From Bacteriovoracaceae bacterium (GTDB lineage: Bacteria; Bdellovibrionota; Bacteriovoracia; Bacteriovoracales; Bacteriovoracaceae): a stretch of DNA of 64,000 bases. The stretch covers positions 1 to 64,000 of the forward strand of contig JABIHA010000073.1 of assembly GCA_018649885.1 (NCBI GenBank). The letters are read 5' to 3'. The notes under the pieces are model-generated. The model did not search any database. It was not told the origin of the DNA and saw only the letters and a list, made by a program, of their open reading frames with translations. This document shows positions 9,871 through 19,320 of this stretch, one piece after another (positions within the stretch are counted from its first letter, which is position 1; each line of letters begins with the position of its first letter). The position numbers and the translations under genes are program-made.

Positions 9871-11592
9871 ATGAAGAAATTATTAATAATGACACTATCG
9901 ATGTTTATGACTTCCACCTTTGCTGCGGACTACACCGTGGAGCCCGATTGGGATAAGCTCTGGCTTACACCAGATTGGACCAAGGACGCTAAGCTTGGTG
10001 CCTCCGGCAATCGCTCCAATGTCTACAAGCTTCCGCCTAAACAGTGGCAAGAAGTGGTAGCAAAGGGCCGAATGCACACTCTATTCTATCCAGTAGACAA
10101 ACAAAAAGTGATGATTCCGCATAAGCCGCTCAAAAACTTTTTTGAAAAGGGCGCAAGTAATCCTCTCAAAAAATTCATTTTAAAATTACTTAAAATACAG
10201 ACAGGCTGGAATCAAATGGATCAGATGTTTGATTACGTAGGTCTTCATCCATACCCTGCTACCGAAGGAGCTGGAGTCTACCAAGTCCCCTTTAAAAAAG
10301 GGATTAGACCTGACTACCCAATGGGTGTCACCCTTAAAGATACTCCCAATGGTGAAATCATGACAGTTGGCTGTGCCGGTTGTCACGCCGGAAACCTCTT
10401 TGGGAAAAAGGTCATAGGGCTTACGAATCGCTTCCCTCACGCCAATGAATTCTTTCTGATGGGCAAGAAGTATGTCCCCCTGGTTCCCAAAACATTATTT
10501 AAATTGGGAACAAACGCCTCGAAGGGCGAAGTCAAAATGTTTAAGAAATTGAAAAAGAACCTCAAGTTTATTGAAGGAGTCGCGCCACAGGCCCTAGGAC
10601 TCGACACAAGCTTGGCCCACACCGGTTTGAGTCTTTCAAGAAGACTAGCAGATAAGTGGGCGACAAAACACCCCTACACTGGTGCCATCCCAAGGCCTTC
10701 AAGACTAAGAAAAACCCACACCGACAGTAAGCCTGCGGTTTGGTGGAATTTAAAATACAAAACTAAATGGCTCTCTGATGCTTCAATCATCTCAGGCAAT
10801 CCTATTTTTACCAATTTTTTATGGAATGAAATTGGCAGAGGACAAACCCTTGAAGACCTGGGTGAGTGGTTTAAATCAAATAAGAAAACCATCATAGAGC
10901 TAACAGCTGCAGTATTTGCAGCAAAACCTCCGAGGGTTACTGATTTCTTCCCAGCATCTCATATCAATCTTGACTCTGCTAAAAGAGGGGAAAAACTCTT
11001 TAATAAATCCTGTCGTAAATGTCATGGAACCTACACCAAAGCTTGGTCTGGTCTTGATGGACATAAGCTGCCTTTGAGTGAGCAGTTCAAAACGACTAAG
11101 GTTCGCTACCACCAGCAAACCCTGGTTAAAGACGTAGGAACATCAGATCTCAGAAGAAGGGGAATGGGATATTTCCTTGAAGATCTAAATCGACTTGAAC
11201 TCTCAAAACTTACTAATACAGTTGTGGTCGAGCAACCTGGCTACATCCCACCACCTCTTGATGGAATATGGGCGAGATGGCCTTATCTTCATAACAACTC
11301 CATTCCCTCACTTTGCCAACTTCTGACTCCAGAATTTGATAGAGAAAAAGGATACTGGATGGGAGCTTCTATAAATGCTGACAAAGACTTTGATTTTAAA
11401 TGTAATGGTTACCCCTCTGGAGCTGGTGTACCTAGCAGCTGGAAAGCAAAAATGAATCACTACTACGATAATTCAAAATCAGGGCTTTCAAACCTTGGTC
11501 ACAGTAGAGAAATTTTAATCAAAAAAGATGGAAGCCGAGTCTACTCTGATTCTCAGGTGCTCGACTTAGTTGCTTTTTTGCAGACACTATAA
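9871..11592 (+). CDS. Exported diheme cytochrome c, RoxA/MauG-bCcP superfamily-like
   Basis: Signal peptide; CAGCH and CRKCH heme motifs; PPLDGIWARWPYLHNNSIPSL; SNLGH..LVAFLQTL C-terminus. Confidence 0.85.
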   Translation: MKKLLIMTLSMFMTSTFAADYTVEPDWDKLWLTPDWTKDAKLGASGNRSNVYKLPPKQWQEVVAKGRMHTLFYPVDKQKVMIPHKPLKNFFEKGASNPLKKFILKLLKIQTGWNQMDQMFDYVGLHPYPATEGAGVYQVPFKKGIRPDYPMGVTLKDTPNGEIMTVGCAGCHAGNLFGKKVIGLTNRFPHANEFFLMGKKYVPLVPKTLFKLGTNASKGEVKMFKKLKKNLKFIEGVAPQALGLDTSLAHTGLSLSRRLADKWATKHPYTGAIPRPSRLRKTHTDSKPAVWWNLKYKTKWLSDASIISGNPIFTNFLWNEIGRGQTLEDLGEWFKSNKKTIIELTAAVFAAKPPRVTDFFPASHINLDSAKRGEKLFNKSCRKCHGTYTKAWSGLDGHKLPLSEQFKTTKVRYHQQTLVKDVGTSDLRRRGMGYFLEDLNRLELSKLTNTVVVEQPGYIPPPLDGIWARWPYLHNNSIPSLCQLLTPEFDREKGYWMGASINADKDFDFKCNGYPSGAGVPSSWKAKMNHYYDNSKSGLSNLGHSREILIKKDGSRVYSDSQVLDLVAFLQTL

Positions 11593-11604
11593 TTTTCCGT
11601 ATTC

Positions 11605-13056
11605 TTATAAGGTTTTGAGGTACTCTAAAAGCTCCCACTTTTGTTGTTCGCTGAGCTCACTGCCAAAAGAATGTCCCTTGTTAGACTTGCTATGGCCTGT
11701 TGTATCAAAAAACCTTCTTTTCATCTCGTTATCATAAACAATGGGTACACTTAAAAACTTATTGAATGAAAGGCCCATATTTTTGTGATCATATTTTTTG
11801 TAGTCAGTAACTTTCCAAATTTTGGGCCTCTCACTTTCAAATAACAAATGATACAAAGTTGGGACAGATCCGTTGTGAAGATAGGGAGCAGTGGCCCAAA
11901 CTCCGAGTAAAGGAGGCGCCATATAGCCTTTGGGATCAACGACAAATTTGTCTTTGCCGTAGTTTCCAAGCCATGAGTTTTGGTAGAATTGTCTCCAACT
12001 TACAGTTAACCCTTTTCTGACTCGTGCTGGGTCTGTCTTAAGTTTGCTGAGAGGAATTCTCTCTTCTGGAAAGAGTAAGGTCATAACCCCTGCGACTCTT
12101 TCATAGTCTCCATGACAATTAGAGCAAGACTGATAAAAATGATCCTCACCTTTTTTTGCCATTTTCCAGTCAATTCTACCAGGGAAAGAATTCTCATAGG
12201 AGGGGGCCTTGAGGGATTTAATATAGTGAAGGACATCGTCAAATTCACTCTCCCATTTTTTAAACTCAGGGTTTAGTGGTGCCGCCGCTGGAGACATAAT
12301 AGTTCTACGTGTGAGAGGAGAAAATCCGTCAACCCAAATTCGACTTTTAACAGAAGTGGTAAACCAGGCCGGCATATCGCTATCTACAGGAATAGAGCCG
12401 AAAACATTAATCTTAAGACTCCTCGGAAAACCAAAGGGGTCCATGTCAATATTTCTACCACCTAAAATAGCGGACCAACCAGAGACCACATTGGGTGTCC
12501 CCTTGCTCAGTTGATGGCGATATTTTGAGAAGTAGCTTCTTTCATAGAGCCTAACCATCAAGGATTCACTAAGGGCCTTGGGAAAATTGATTGGGTAAGC
12601 GTTAGAGCTGATGGGGTAGCGCTTAATTTGTTTGATTCTATCTTCTGTAAAAGTACCAATATCTATTTGATTATTACCAAGGCCTAGAATGACTTTGCCG
12701 CCAACTGAGCCAGCATGGCACATAAAGCAGCTTCCTTCCCATCTGCCATCGGGCTTGACCACAAATCCCAAGGGTGCTCCCTTGTTATCGTAGGGAGCTT
12801 TCAAAAACCCGTATCTTTGATAGGCGAGTTCGCGAAATTTTGAAGGGTCTCTTTTAAGCCTTTTCCTCAGCTCTCTAGGCCACACTTTGGATAGCCGATT
12901 AAAGGTTTTTTCAGTAAGAGTGTAAAAGCCAGGGGAGACAGAATAGGCCTTATGAGTAAGATTTCTTTTACCAATTTGTGCTTTTTTGGCCTGATAGGTT
13001 GGTCCTTCCCAAGCGTGAACTTGAAAACTGAGTAATACGAATAAAATTGAGGCCAT
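11605..13056 (-). CDS. Exported diheme cytochrome c, RoxA/MauG-bCcP superfamily-like (second paralog)
   Basis: CFMCH and CSNCH heme motifs; PPLLGVWATAPYLHNGSVPTL; SNKGH..LLEYLKTL. Confidence 0.85.
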   Translation of the reverse strand: MASILFVLLSFQVHAWEGPTYQAKKAQIGKRNLTHKAYSVSPGFYTLTEKTFNRLSKVWPRELRKRLKRDPSKFRELAYQRYGFLKAPYDNKGAPLGFVVKPDGRWEGSCFMCHAGSVGGKVILGLGNNQIDIGTFTEDRIKQIKRYPISSNAYPINFPKALSESLMVRLYERSYFSKYRHQLSKGTPNVVSGWSAILGGRNIDMDPFGFPRSLKINVFGSIPVDSDMPAWFTTSVKSRIWVDGFSPLTRRTIMSPAAAPLNPEFKKWESEFDDVLHYIKSLKAPSYENSFPGRIDWKMAKKGEDHFYQSCSNCHGDYERVAGVMTLLFPEERIPLSKLKTDPARVRKGLTVSWRQFYQNSWLGNYGKDKFVVDPKGYMAPPLLGVWATAPYLHNGSVPTLYHLLFESERPKIWKVTDYKKYDHKNMGLSFNKFLSVPIVYDNEMKRRFFDTTGHSKSNKGHSFGSELSEQQKWELLEYLKTL

Positions 13057-13215
13057 GGTTATCTCCGAAGCGAGTCATTATATTTTTGTGCCAGCAAAAT
13101 CTATTAAAATAATTGCGTTCTTTCAAGCTCAGTACCGTTAAGAGATCTTGGTAAAAGGTAATATTTAAGGTATTTTGGGCGAACTAGACTAATCGCATAA
13201 TAATCAGGAGCTAAC

Positions 13216-13686
13216 ATGAGCGTCAAAATAGGCAATATGGCCCCCGCATTCACACTCACCAACCAAGATGGAAAAAAAGTATCCCTAAGAGACTACAAGG
13301 GTAAAAAAAATGTTGTTCTCTATTTCTACCCAAAAGCAATGACACCTGGTTGTACCGTACAGGCCTGTGGCATTCGAGATACCAAGGCGAAGTTTGCCAA
13401 GCTAAAAACAGTAGTCCTTGGAGTCAGCATTGACTCTGAAGCAAGGCTTACAAAATTTATTGATAAAGAAGGGTTAAATTTTGATCTTCTAAGTGATGAA
13501 GACCACAAAATTTGTGAAAAGTATGGAGTTTGGCAAAAGAAGAAAAACTATGGAAGAGAATATATGGGCATAGTTAGATCGAGCTTTATTATTGGTAGTG
13601 ATGGAAAGCTCAAGCACGTTATGGATAAAGTGAAAACAAAAACTCACCACGATGATGTTTTAGAATATATTTCTGAAAATTTGTGA
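13216..13686 (+). CDS. bcp: Thioredoxin-dependent thiol peroxidase (BCP/PrxQ)
   Basis: VVLYFYPKAMTPGCTVQAC; CAGGAG SD. Confidence 0.95.
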   Translation: MSVKIGNMAPAFTLTNQDGKKVSLRDYKGKKNVVLYFYPKAMTPGCTVQACGIRDTKAKFAKLKTVVLGVSIDSEARLTKFIDKEGLNFDLLSDEDHKICEKYGVWQKKKNYGREYMGIVRSSFIIGSDGKLKHVMDKVKTKTHHDDVLEYISENL

Positions 13687-13789
13687 AATGGGCGCAGGTA
13701 AAAATGAAAGATGCGCTAAGTCAATGTTGACGATTAAATTGCTTTGGTCTTTGGTTACAAGATTAAACTAATCTTCAGGAGAGAGAAAA

Positions 13790-14239
13790 ATGAAAATATT
13801 GATAGCAGCGCTATTTTTTACAAATCTAATGGCAGCAGATGTTGTGGTAGGAGTCTTTGACCAAATAGAATGTCAAAAGGGAGAGGCACCACTTCAGCTT
13901 GCTCTTGAAAAGCTTGATGAGAGATACGCTTTATTTCAATCAAAAAACGAAATCATCACAATCTTTGACAAAATTGGGATGGGAAAACAAAGCTCCACAG
14001 TCTTTATTTCACTGGGCATGCAAAACAGAACTGATGTAGAGACAACCTTAGAAGGTGGTGTACTACAAAGAGTTGAAAAAAAATATACCCATTTAATTCT
14101 CTCACCTCTTGGGCTTCCATACTTCACAGATTCTGTGAAATTGAGCTTTTCAGAAAAAGCTCTCTCTTATGAAAAGTCTAGAAGAGAGGGTCTATTCGGA
14201 CTCCCTGTCAAAACTAAGTGTACCTACGATATCAAATAA
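13790..14239 (+). CDS. Secreted hypothetical protein
   Basis: AGGAG SD; short signal peptide. Confidence 0.7.
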   Translation: MKILIAALFFTNLMAADVVVGVFDQIECQKGEAPLQLALEKLDERYALFQSKNEIITIFDKIGMGKQSSTVFISLGMQNRTDVETTLEGGVLQRVEKKYTHLILSPLGLPYFTDSVKLSFSEKALSYEKSRREGLFGLPVKTKCTYDIK

Positions 14240-14261
14240 CCCACTAAATAGTTTTTATTGT

Positions 14262-14299
14262 CTTATCTTGTGGTCACAATCCTGTGTCCACAAGATAAG
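14262..14299. promoter_or_regulatory. Inverted repeat containing two TGTGnnCACA boxes (putative operator and/or terminator)
   Basis: Perfect 12-bp arms CTTATCTTGTGG / CCACAAGATAAG; TGTGGTCACA at 14269-14278 and TGTGTCCACA at 14283-14292. Confidence 0.6.
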
Positions 14300-14373
14300 C
14301 GGTATATGAAACCTTCTTACTAAGCTCTCGTATTATTGTATAATTAAGATAGATCTTTTAAGGGGCCATTCAA

Positions 14374-15237
14374 ATGGACATTTTCGATTATTCAAATTTT
14401 GGTGATTTCATGCGCGCTTACTTTGAGAAAAAGAAGAGCGAAAACTCAAGCTTTAGTTATGAAGCCTGGGCCAGAAAGCTTGAAGGCGTTTCAAAATCAT
14501 CACTGGTTATGGTCCTCGGAGGAAAGAGAGTTCCAGGAAAAGATTTTGTAGAAAAGCTTATCGAGTACTACCACTTTTCAAGAGAAGAGGCCCAATACTT
14601 TAGATGTCTTGTCAGTCTCAGTAAAGTAAGTGCGGATGCCCACCTAGAAGAAAAATTAACAAGACATGCAAAAGCACATCTCAAACCAGAACCCTATGTC
14701 ACATTAGATGCAAAAAAATGTGAAGGAATTATGAGTTACGAAAGTGTTGTACTGCCTGAGCTTATAAAGCTTAAATCTTTTAAAGAAGATTACAAATGGC
14801 TTTCACAAAAATTCTTTTTCAATAGGGATGAACACCAATTAAAAGAATGTATGGACCAGCTTGAAGCTTCCGGGATTGTTGAAAGAGATAGTGATGGTAC
14901 CCTAAAACCTCCATATGAATGTTTGTGGTGGAAATGTGATGAACAAACAAATAAAAAGTATCTTGATGAAGTAAGTAGTATTGCCTCTCTTGTGAGGGAG
15001 GCCGTCCCAGTCACCTCTCGTCTTACAGATGAAAACTGTGCTCCTCATAGCTCTGAAAATAAGAATGCGAATATCTTTCCCTGGAGTATTATGTGTATGA
15101 AAGAAGAAAATATTTCTGAAGTTCAAAAGATACTATATGACTGCCTCAACAAGATCAGAAAGCTTGAAGACATGATTGATGGAGACAGTGTGATCTTTTG
15201 TAATATGCAGTTTTTTGATATAAAAAAACCGGAATAA
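14374..15237 (+). CDS. TIGR02147 / DUF4423-family protein with N-terminal HTH-like region
   Basis: MDIFDYSNFGDFMRAYFEKKKSENSSFSYEAWARKL..SSLVMVLGGKR..EEAQYFRCLV pattern characteristic of this family. Confidence 0.8.
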   Translation: MDIFDYSNFGDFMRAYFEKKKSENSSFSYEAWARKLEGVSKSSLVMVLGGKRVPGKDFVEKLIEYYHFSREEAQYFRCLVSLSKVSADAHLEEKLTRHAKAHLKPEPYVTLDAKKCEGIMSYESVVLPELIKLKSFKEDYKWLSQKFFFNRDEHQLKECMDQLEASGIVERDSDGTLKPPYECLWWKCDEQTNKKYLDEVSSIASLVREAVPVTSRLTDENCAPHSSENKNANIFPWSIMCMKEENISEVQKILYDCLNKIRKLEDMIDGDSVIFCNMQFFDIKKPE

Positions 15238-15269
15238 TATCTCTCAGGTACATTCTATGAATGCTTCTC

Positions 15270-15326
15270 TGGTGCTCTTTTGACACTACTTCCTTTTAAA
15301 CTACTGTGGTGCTCTTTTGACACTAC
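15270..15326. repeat. Exact 20-bp direct repeat TGGTGCTCTTTTGACACTAC, two copies
   Basis: 15270-15289 and 15307-15326 with a 17-bp spacer; each copy contains TTGACA. Confidence 0.85.
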
Positions 15327-15429
15327 CGTCTGTAATTTTTTTGAATCCCTTGTTGCGTAGCACATTTGTGCTATTAAACTACCTTCTGACTTTTGAGGGG
15401 AGTTAGAAAAGCAAACCGGGAGACTAATT

Positions 15430-16608
15430 ATGAACTTGTACAAATCGATTATTTTGGTTGCCACCCTTGTTATCAGCGCTCAAGGATTTTCGTACAACAC
15501 TGAATTATTTGATGGAAATTTTCTTACCATGAATTCAGATCAAGCGGTCGTTGGCCCCATTTTTAATGGCGATGAGGCCACCTATATAAATGAGGTTTTT
15601 GAGAATATTTATATAGAAGCAGAAAAAATCGCGGACGCCGAATACCTTAAATATGGTGATGAAAAGGCCTATTGGAGTTTTTTATTTGGCTCTTTGATTG
15701 TTCCTTATCACGAAAGTTATCTCACCCATTTCAGAAAACAGGCAAATAAAAATTGCTCTTATGGGCTTAACTCGGGAAGCCGATTTAAATCAAAGAGTAG
15801 CTGGCTTCATAAAATATTCATGAGAAATTTTAAAGTAGAAGGCGACCAGGTAACTCCTAATTGTGATCAAATTGATGGCCAGGAGAACTACTTTCAACTA
15901 CTGAATTCTCAGGATTATTACTCAACAGGTATTATGCAAATTGCTATCAATTGGCACGAAGAAGAATATACTGCCCCTAGAAAATTTCTTAGTATTCCTG
16001 AATCTATTGAATATGGTTTGAGTATTTTTAACACTGGATTTAAAACCATCTATCACAACTCATCTAGTTACTGGTGTATCAAAAACACAGGTGTCGGACA
16101 AAACCCTGCCAACTTTGAGTATATTATTAGAGGAGCATGGGCAGGTGTATACAACTCGGGGAAACTTTCTAGAACATGCCGCTTTAAGATTCCAAGTGAT
16201 TCATGGTATGGCAACGATAAGGGATTTTTTAGATCTCTTAACTCTATTAAATCAAAAAGTGGTAATCAGTATTCAATTCACTTGAACCCTGAAAACCTTC
16301 AACTCTACCAAAAAATTGTTAATAACTTTAAAAAGGCAAATACTGACACTCTCCAATTTGGTGAGGGTCAGCTTGAAGATACTGAGGATTACTTGAAAGT
16401 CACTGCAGGGGGACTCAATGTCAGAAAAGGTGGCTCAACACGCTATGATATTTGTGGAACTATATCTTACGGCCAAATAGTTAAAAGAGTTGCAAGTCAA
16501 GGCAGCTGGGTCAAAATCGAGACAGTAAACTTGAGTGAAGAGATAGCAAGTGAATGCGGCGAAAATGCTTTTGTCCATGGTGGTTATTTAAAACGAGCTA
16601 ACAATTAA
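15430..16608 (+). CDS. Secreted protein with putative lytic transglycosylase-like domain and C-terminal bacterial SH3 domain
   Basis: Signal peptide; HES, GIMQI and VYNSG motifs in order; C-terminal GLNVRKGGSTRYDICGTI..WVKI SH3b pattern. Confidence 0.7.
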   Translation: MNLYKSIILVATLVISAQGFSYNTELFDGNFLTMNSDQAVVGPIFNGDEATYINEVFENIYIEAEKIADAEYLKYGDEKAYWSFLFGSLIVPYHESYLTHFRKQANKNCSYGLNSGSRFKSKSSWLHKIFMRNFKVEGDQVTPNCDQIDGQENYFQLLNSQDYYSTGIMQIAINWHEEEYTAPRKFLSIPESIEYGLSIFNTGFKTIYHNSSSYWCIKNTGVGQNPANFEYIIRGAWAGVYNSGKLSRTCRFKIPSDSWYGNDKGFFRSLNSIKSKSGNQYSIHLNPENLQLYQKIVNNFKKANTDTLQFGEGQLEDTEDYLKVTAGGLNVRKGGSTRYDICGTISYGQIVKRVASQGSWVKIETVNLSEEIASECGENAFVHGGYLKRANN

Positions 16609-16624
16609 ACCCGGCAAGTGGATA

Positions 16625-17389
16625 TTGATTGTCCTTTTGTTAGTGGGTGGAGTCTCACTTCTAGGTCAACGTGAGTTATTTGAAAGAAAACCTTTGGTAC
16701 ATAGGACGGGAGGTATCAAAAAGTCCTTCAAAATTGGAAAGGTATCAAAAACTTCTTTTGCCAAATTAAAAAAGGATATGCTCAGAATCAAAAAATGCTG
16801 GCATACCCAATGTGTTTCAAAAAAGCTTGAGGGAACTCGCTACTACATAGCCTATAAAACCAAAGAATTTATCCAGTTTAAGAATCAGTTGAAGAAACTA
16901 TCTTTATTAAAAGAGCAAAGCTTGCAAGGCGAGTTTGCTCCCGTTGATTTTATCAGTTTACTTGAGATCCCTTCTCCCAAATTGCAAATTGTGGTTGTCG
17001 ATCTTTTGTTAAACCATTTTAAAGATGAACAATATCTAGATCAATTGCTGACAAACACTCCAAAGTTTACCTCACAATCAGCCCCCAAAATATTCCAAAC
17101 ACTACTTGGTAAATTTGGTGGAAATAAAATGGTAAGGGAAAAGGTGATGAACTATATGGGGCAGCTTTTTGCGGCTTCTGATAATCAAGTCAAAATCGAG
17201 TTGGCAAAAAGCTTTGATACTTATCAGCTGACTAAAAGTGAGCTTGCGACACTTGCTGAGAAGAGTTGCTACCTTGGAGAGAGTGCTGAATTACGACCAA
17301 GTTGGTTGCCTATTAAGTACCATCTTGAAGGGGCCGTCGAATCTTCCATGGTGGATTTAGATCTATCTGCTCACTGCCACTTACTGTAA
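16625..17389 (+). CDS. Hypothetical protein (N-terminal membrane anchor, helical)
   Basis: 254-aa ORF co-oriented with neighbours; TTG start uncertain. Confidence 0.65.
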   Translation: MIVLLLVGGVSLLGQRELFERKPLVHRTGGIKKSFKIGKVSKTSFAKLKKDMLRIKKCWHTQCVSKKLEGTRYYIAYKTKEFIQFKNQLKKLSLLKEQSLQGEFAPVDFISLLEIPSPKLQIVVVDLLLNHFKDEQYLDQLLTNTPKFTSQSAPKIFQTLLGKFGGNKMVREKVMNYMGQLFAASDNQVKIELAKSFDTYQLTKSELATLAEKSCYLGESAELRPSWLPIKYHLEGAVESSMVDLDLSAHCHLL

Positions 17390-17439
17390 TGAAAATGTGT
17401 TAAAATGGTACTTAAATAAATTAATTAAGGACCATTTCA

Positions 17440-18777
17440 GTGAAGTATGTTCTCGCGAATATTAAGAAATTATATGACGGTAAATCAAACCACGAAGATT
17501 CAGTTCACAGAGACGTTGATGTTGTTATCGATAAAGGTCAAATTGATCAGCTGATTCTCGACCCATCTAAAAAGAAATACTCAAAGGATTTTCAAATTGT
17601 AGATTGTAAAAATCTATTTGTTACGCCTGGGCTTGTAGACTGCCACTCTCACATCACCATCGTAGGCCTTGAAAGTGAAGATGTTATTCGCACCAACTCT
17701 CCGGCCGGACTTCTCTACTGCGAAAAAATCCTCTATCAAACTCTTGTCTATGGCGGAGTCACTTCTATCAGAGAAATTGGAGGGGCCACTAATTTTATTA
17801 AACGAATGGTTGATGAAGGAGTGATGATAGGTCCAAGAATGAAAATAGCCATCGCCATTTTATCAACTACGGGAGGGCATTTGGATTTCTGTGGACCAGA
17901 CAGGTGTCATGGGGATATTTCTCCGCTTTTCAAGGCCGGTCCAGGAAGACCTTCCTCACTTGTTGATGGGCCCTGGGAATGCAGAAAAAGAGTAAGAGAG
18001 CTCAAGGCCTGTGGGGCCGATTTTGTTAAGCTGTGCACCTCTCCAGGAGTAGCGTCACCTAATGATGAGCTTGAGCACGAGGATTTAAGCCGTGAAGAAA
18101 TTGATGCCATTTGTGATGAAGCTGCCAAGAGGGGGATGAAGGTGGCCGCCCATGCTCATTCAAAGCATGGAATCAAAATGGCAATTGAAGGGGGAGTAAG
18201 AGATATCCAGCATATCTCCTACATGGATGATGAACTGGCCTCCCTTGCCCATAAAAGGGGATGTGTAGTCACTCCAACTTCATGGGTGATCGATGAGTTC
18301 TCTCAAATATCAAAGCTTCCTTCTGCAGTAAGAGATAAAATTGATCAAGTAGGGGAGCATCACGCTAACGCTGTAAGAGCTGCTCACCAAAATGGACTTA
18401 AAATTCTTGCAGGTACAGATGCATTTCTTCCAGGCATGCATGGAAGAAACTACCTCGAGCTTGGCTCGCTTCATAATAAAGGTGTAGATGCACTAAGTGT
18501 TTGGCATGGGGCCACCGGTCTTGCCGCTGATGAGATAGGTCTATCACAAACGGGCCAAATTTCTGCGGGTCACACGGCCGATTTGTTAGTTTTAAAAAAT
18601 GACGTCATAGACAATCCCAATAAATTTGAATCTGACAGTATTTTAGAAGTTTTTAAAGATGGTCTCTCACACAAGAATTATTTTGAGGGACTACCTAAAA
18701 ATGACTTTGATACAATAAACCGTCATTTTTTGGCGATGGAAAAGGCCGAAACATTTGGAGTTAAGCTTCCTCGGTAA
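17440..18777 (+). CDS. Metal-dependent amidohydrolase (Xaa-Pro dipeptidase-like subgroup)
   Basis: PGLVDCHSH, GVTSIRE, GADFVK, AAHAH and AGTD motifs. Confidence 0.9.
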   Translation: MKYVLANIKKLYDGKSNHEDSVHRDVDVVIDKGQIDQLILDPSKKKYSKDFQIVDCKNLFVTPGLVDCHSHITIVGLESEDVIRTNSPAGLLYCEKILYQTLVYGGVTSIREIGGATNFIKRMVDEGVMIGPRMKIAIAILSTTGGHLDFCGPDRCHGDISPLFKAGPGRPSSLVDGPWECRKRVRELKACGADFVKLCTSPGVASPNDELEHEDLSREEIDAICDEAAKRGMKVAAHAHSKHGIKMAIEGGVRDIQHISYMDDELASLAHKRGCVVTPTSWVIDEFSQISKLPSAVRDKIDQVGEHHANAVRAAHQNGLKILAGTDAFLPGMHGRNYLELGSLHNKGVDALSVWHGATGLAADEIGLSQTGQISAGHTADLLVLKNDVIDNPNKFESDSILEVFKDGLSHKNYFEGLPKNDFDTINRHFLAMEKAETFGVKLPR

Positions 18778-18789
18778 GAATCTCTAGAA

Positions 18790-19296
18790 TTACCAGCCTC
18801 CAAAACCAGAAGCTTTGGGTTCAACAACTGGTATTTCTGCTGCTTGGCCATGAGTGCCTGCTATAATTTCACATTTTGCCGAAAAGCTTCTGCGGGAATT
18901 TGAATCAGCAAATATTGAGACTGAACCTGTGATGAACTGTTTTTTACCAAAATTTACATTTGTGATAGCACCTTTTACTTTGGAAATGTGATTCCAATCT
19001 AGAACCCCTTCAATACTTCGCTCTTCAATAACCAATTCGCCGTCTTTCACGCTTAGCTCTAACCTTGAAGAATGCTTGTACTCATCATCACGGAAATCTG
19101 ACACTTCAAAAAAGACTTGTTTAGGAAAGTCTTCACGGTATTCAAAAATTTCAGAAAAATTAAATCGTTTGGCCTCAGGAGTAGACAAGATATTGTACCA
19201 ACCGGAACATTCAATTTTGTGGTCTGACTCTCCAGACCACCCATTATTTGATATTGTAAGCAATAATATAGCTAAAAATAAAGAATGCTTTTTCAT
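18790..19296 (-). CDS. Secreted hypothetical protein
   Basis: Signal peptide; G-rich SD. Confidence 0.7.
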   Translation of the reverse strand: MKKHSLFLAILLLTISNNGWSGESDHKIECSGWYNILSTPEAKRFNFSEIFEYREDFPKQVFFEVSDFRDDEYKHSSRLELSVKDGELVIEERSIEGVLDWNHISKVKGAITNVNFGKKQFITGSVSIFADSNSRRSFSAKCEIIAGTHGQAAEIPVVEPKASGFGGW

Positions 19297-19320
19297 ATGG
19301 CCCCCCTTAATATTAAAAAA

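Noticed and set aside
15270..15326. Possible mini-CRISPR
   Set aside because: Only two 20-bp repeats with a 17-bp spacer, and no cas genes in the window
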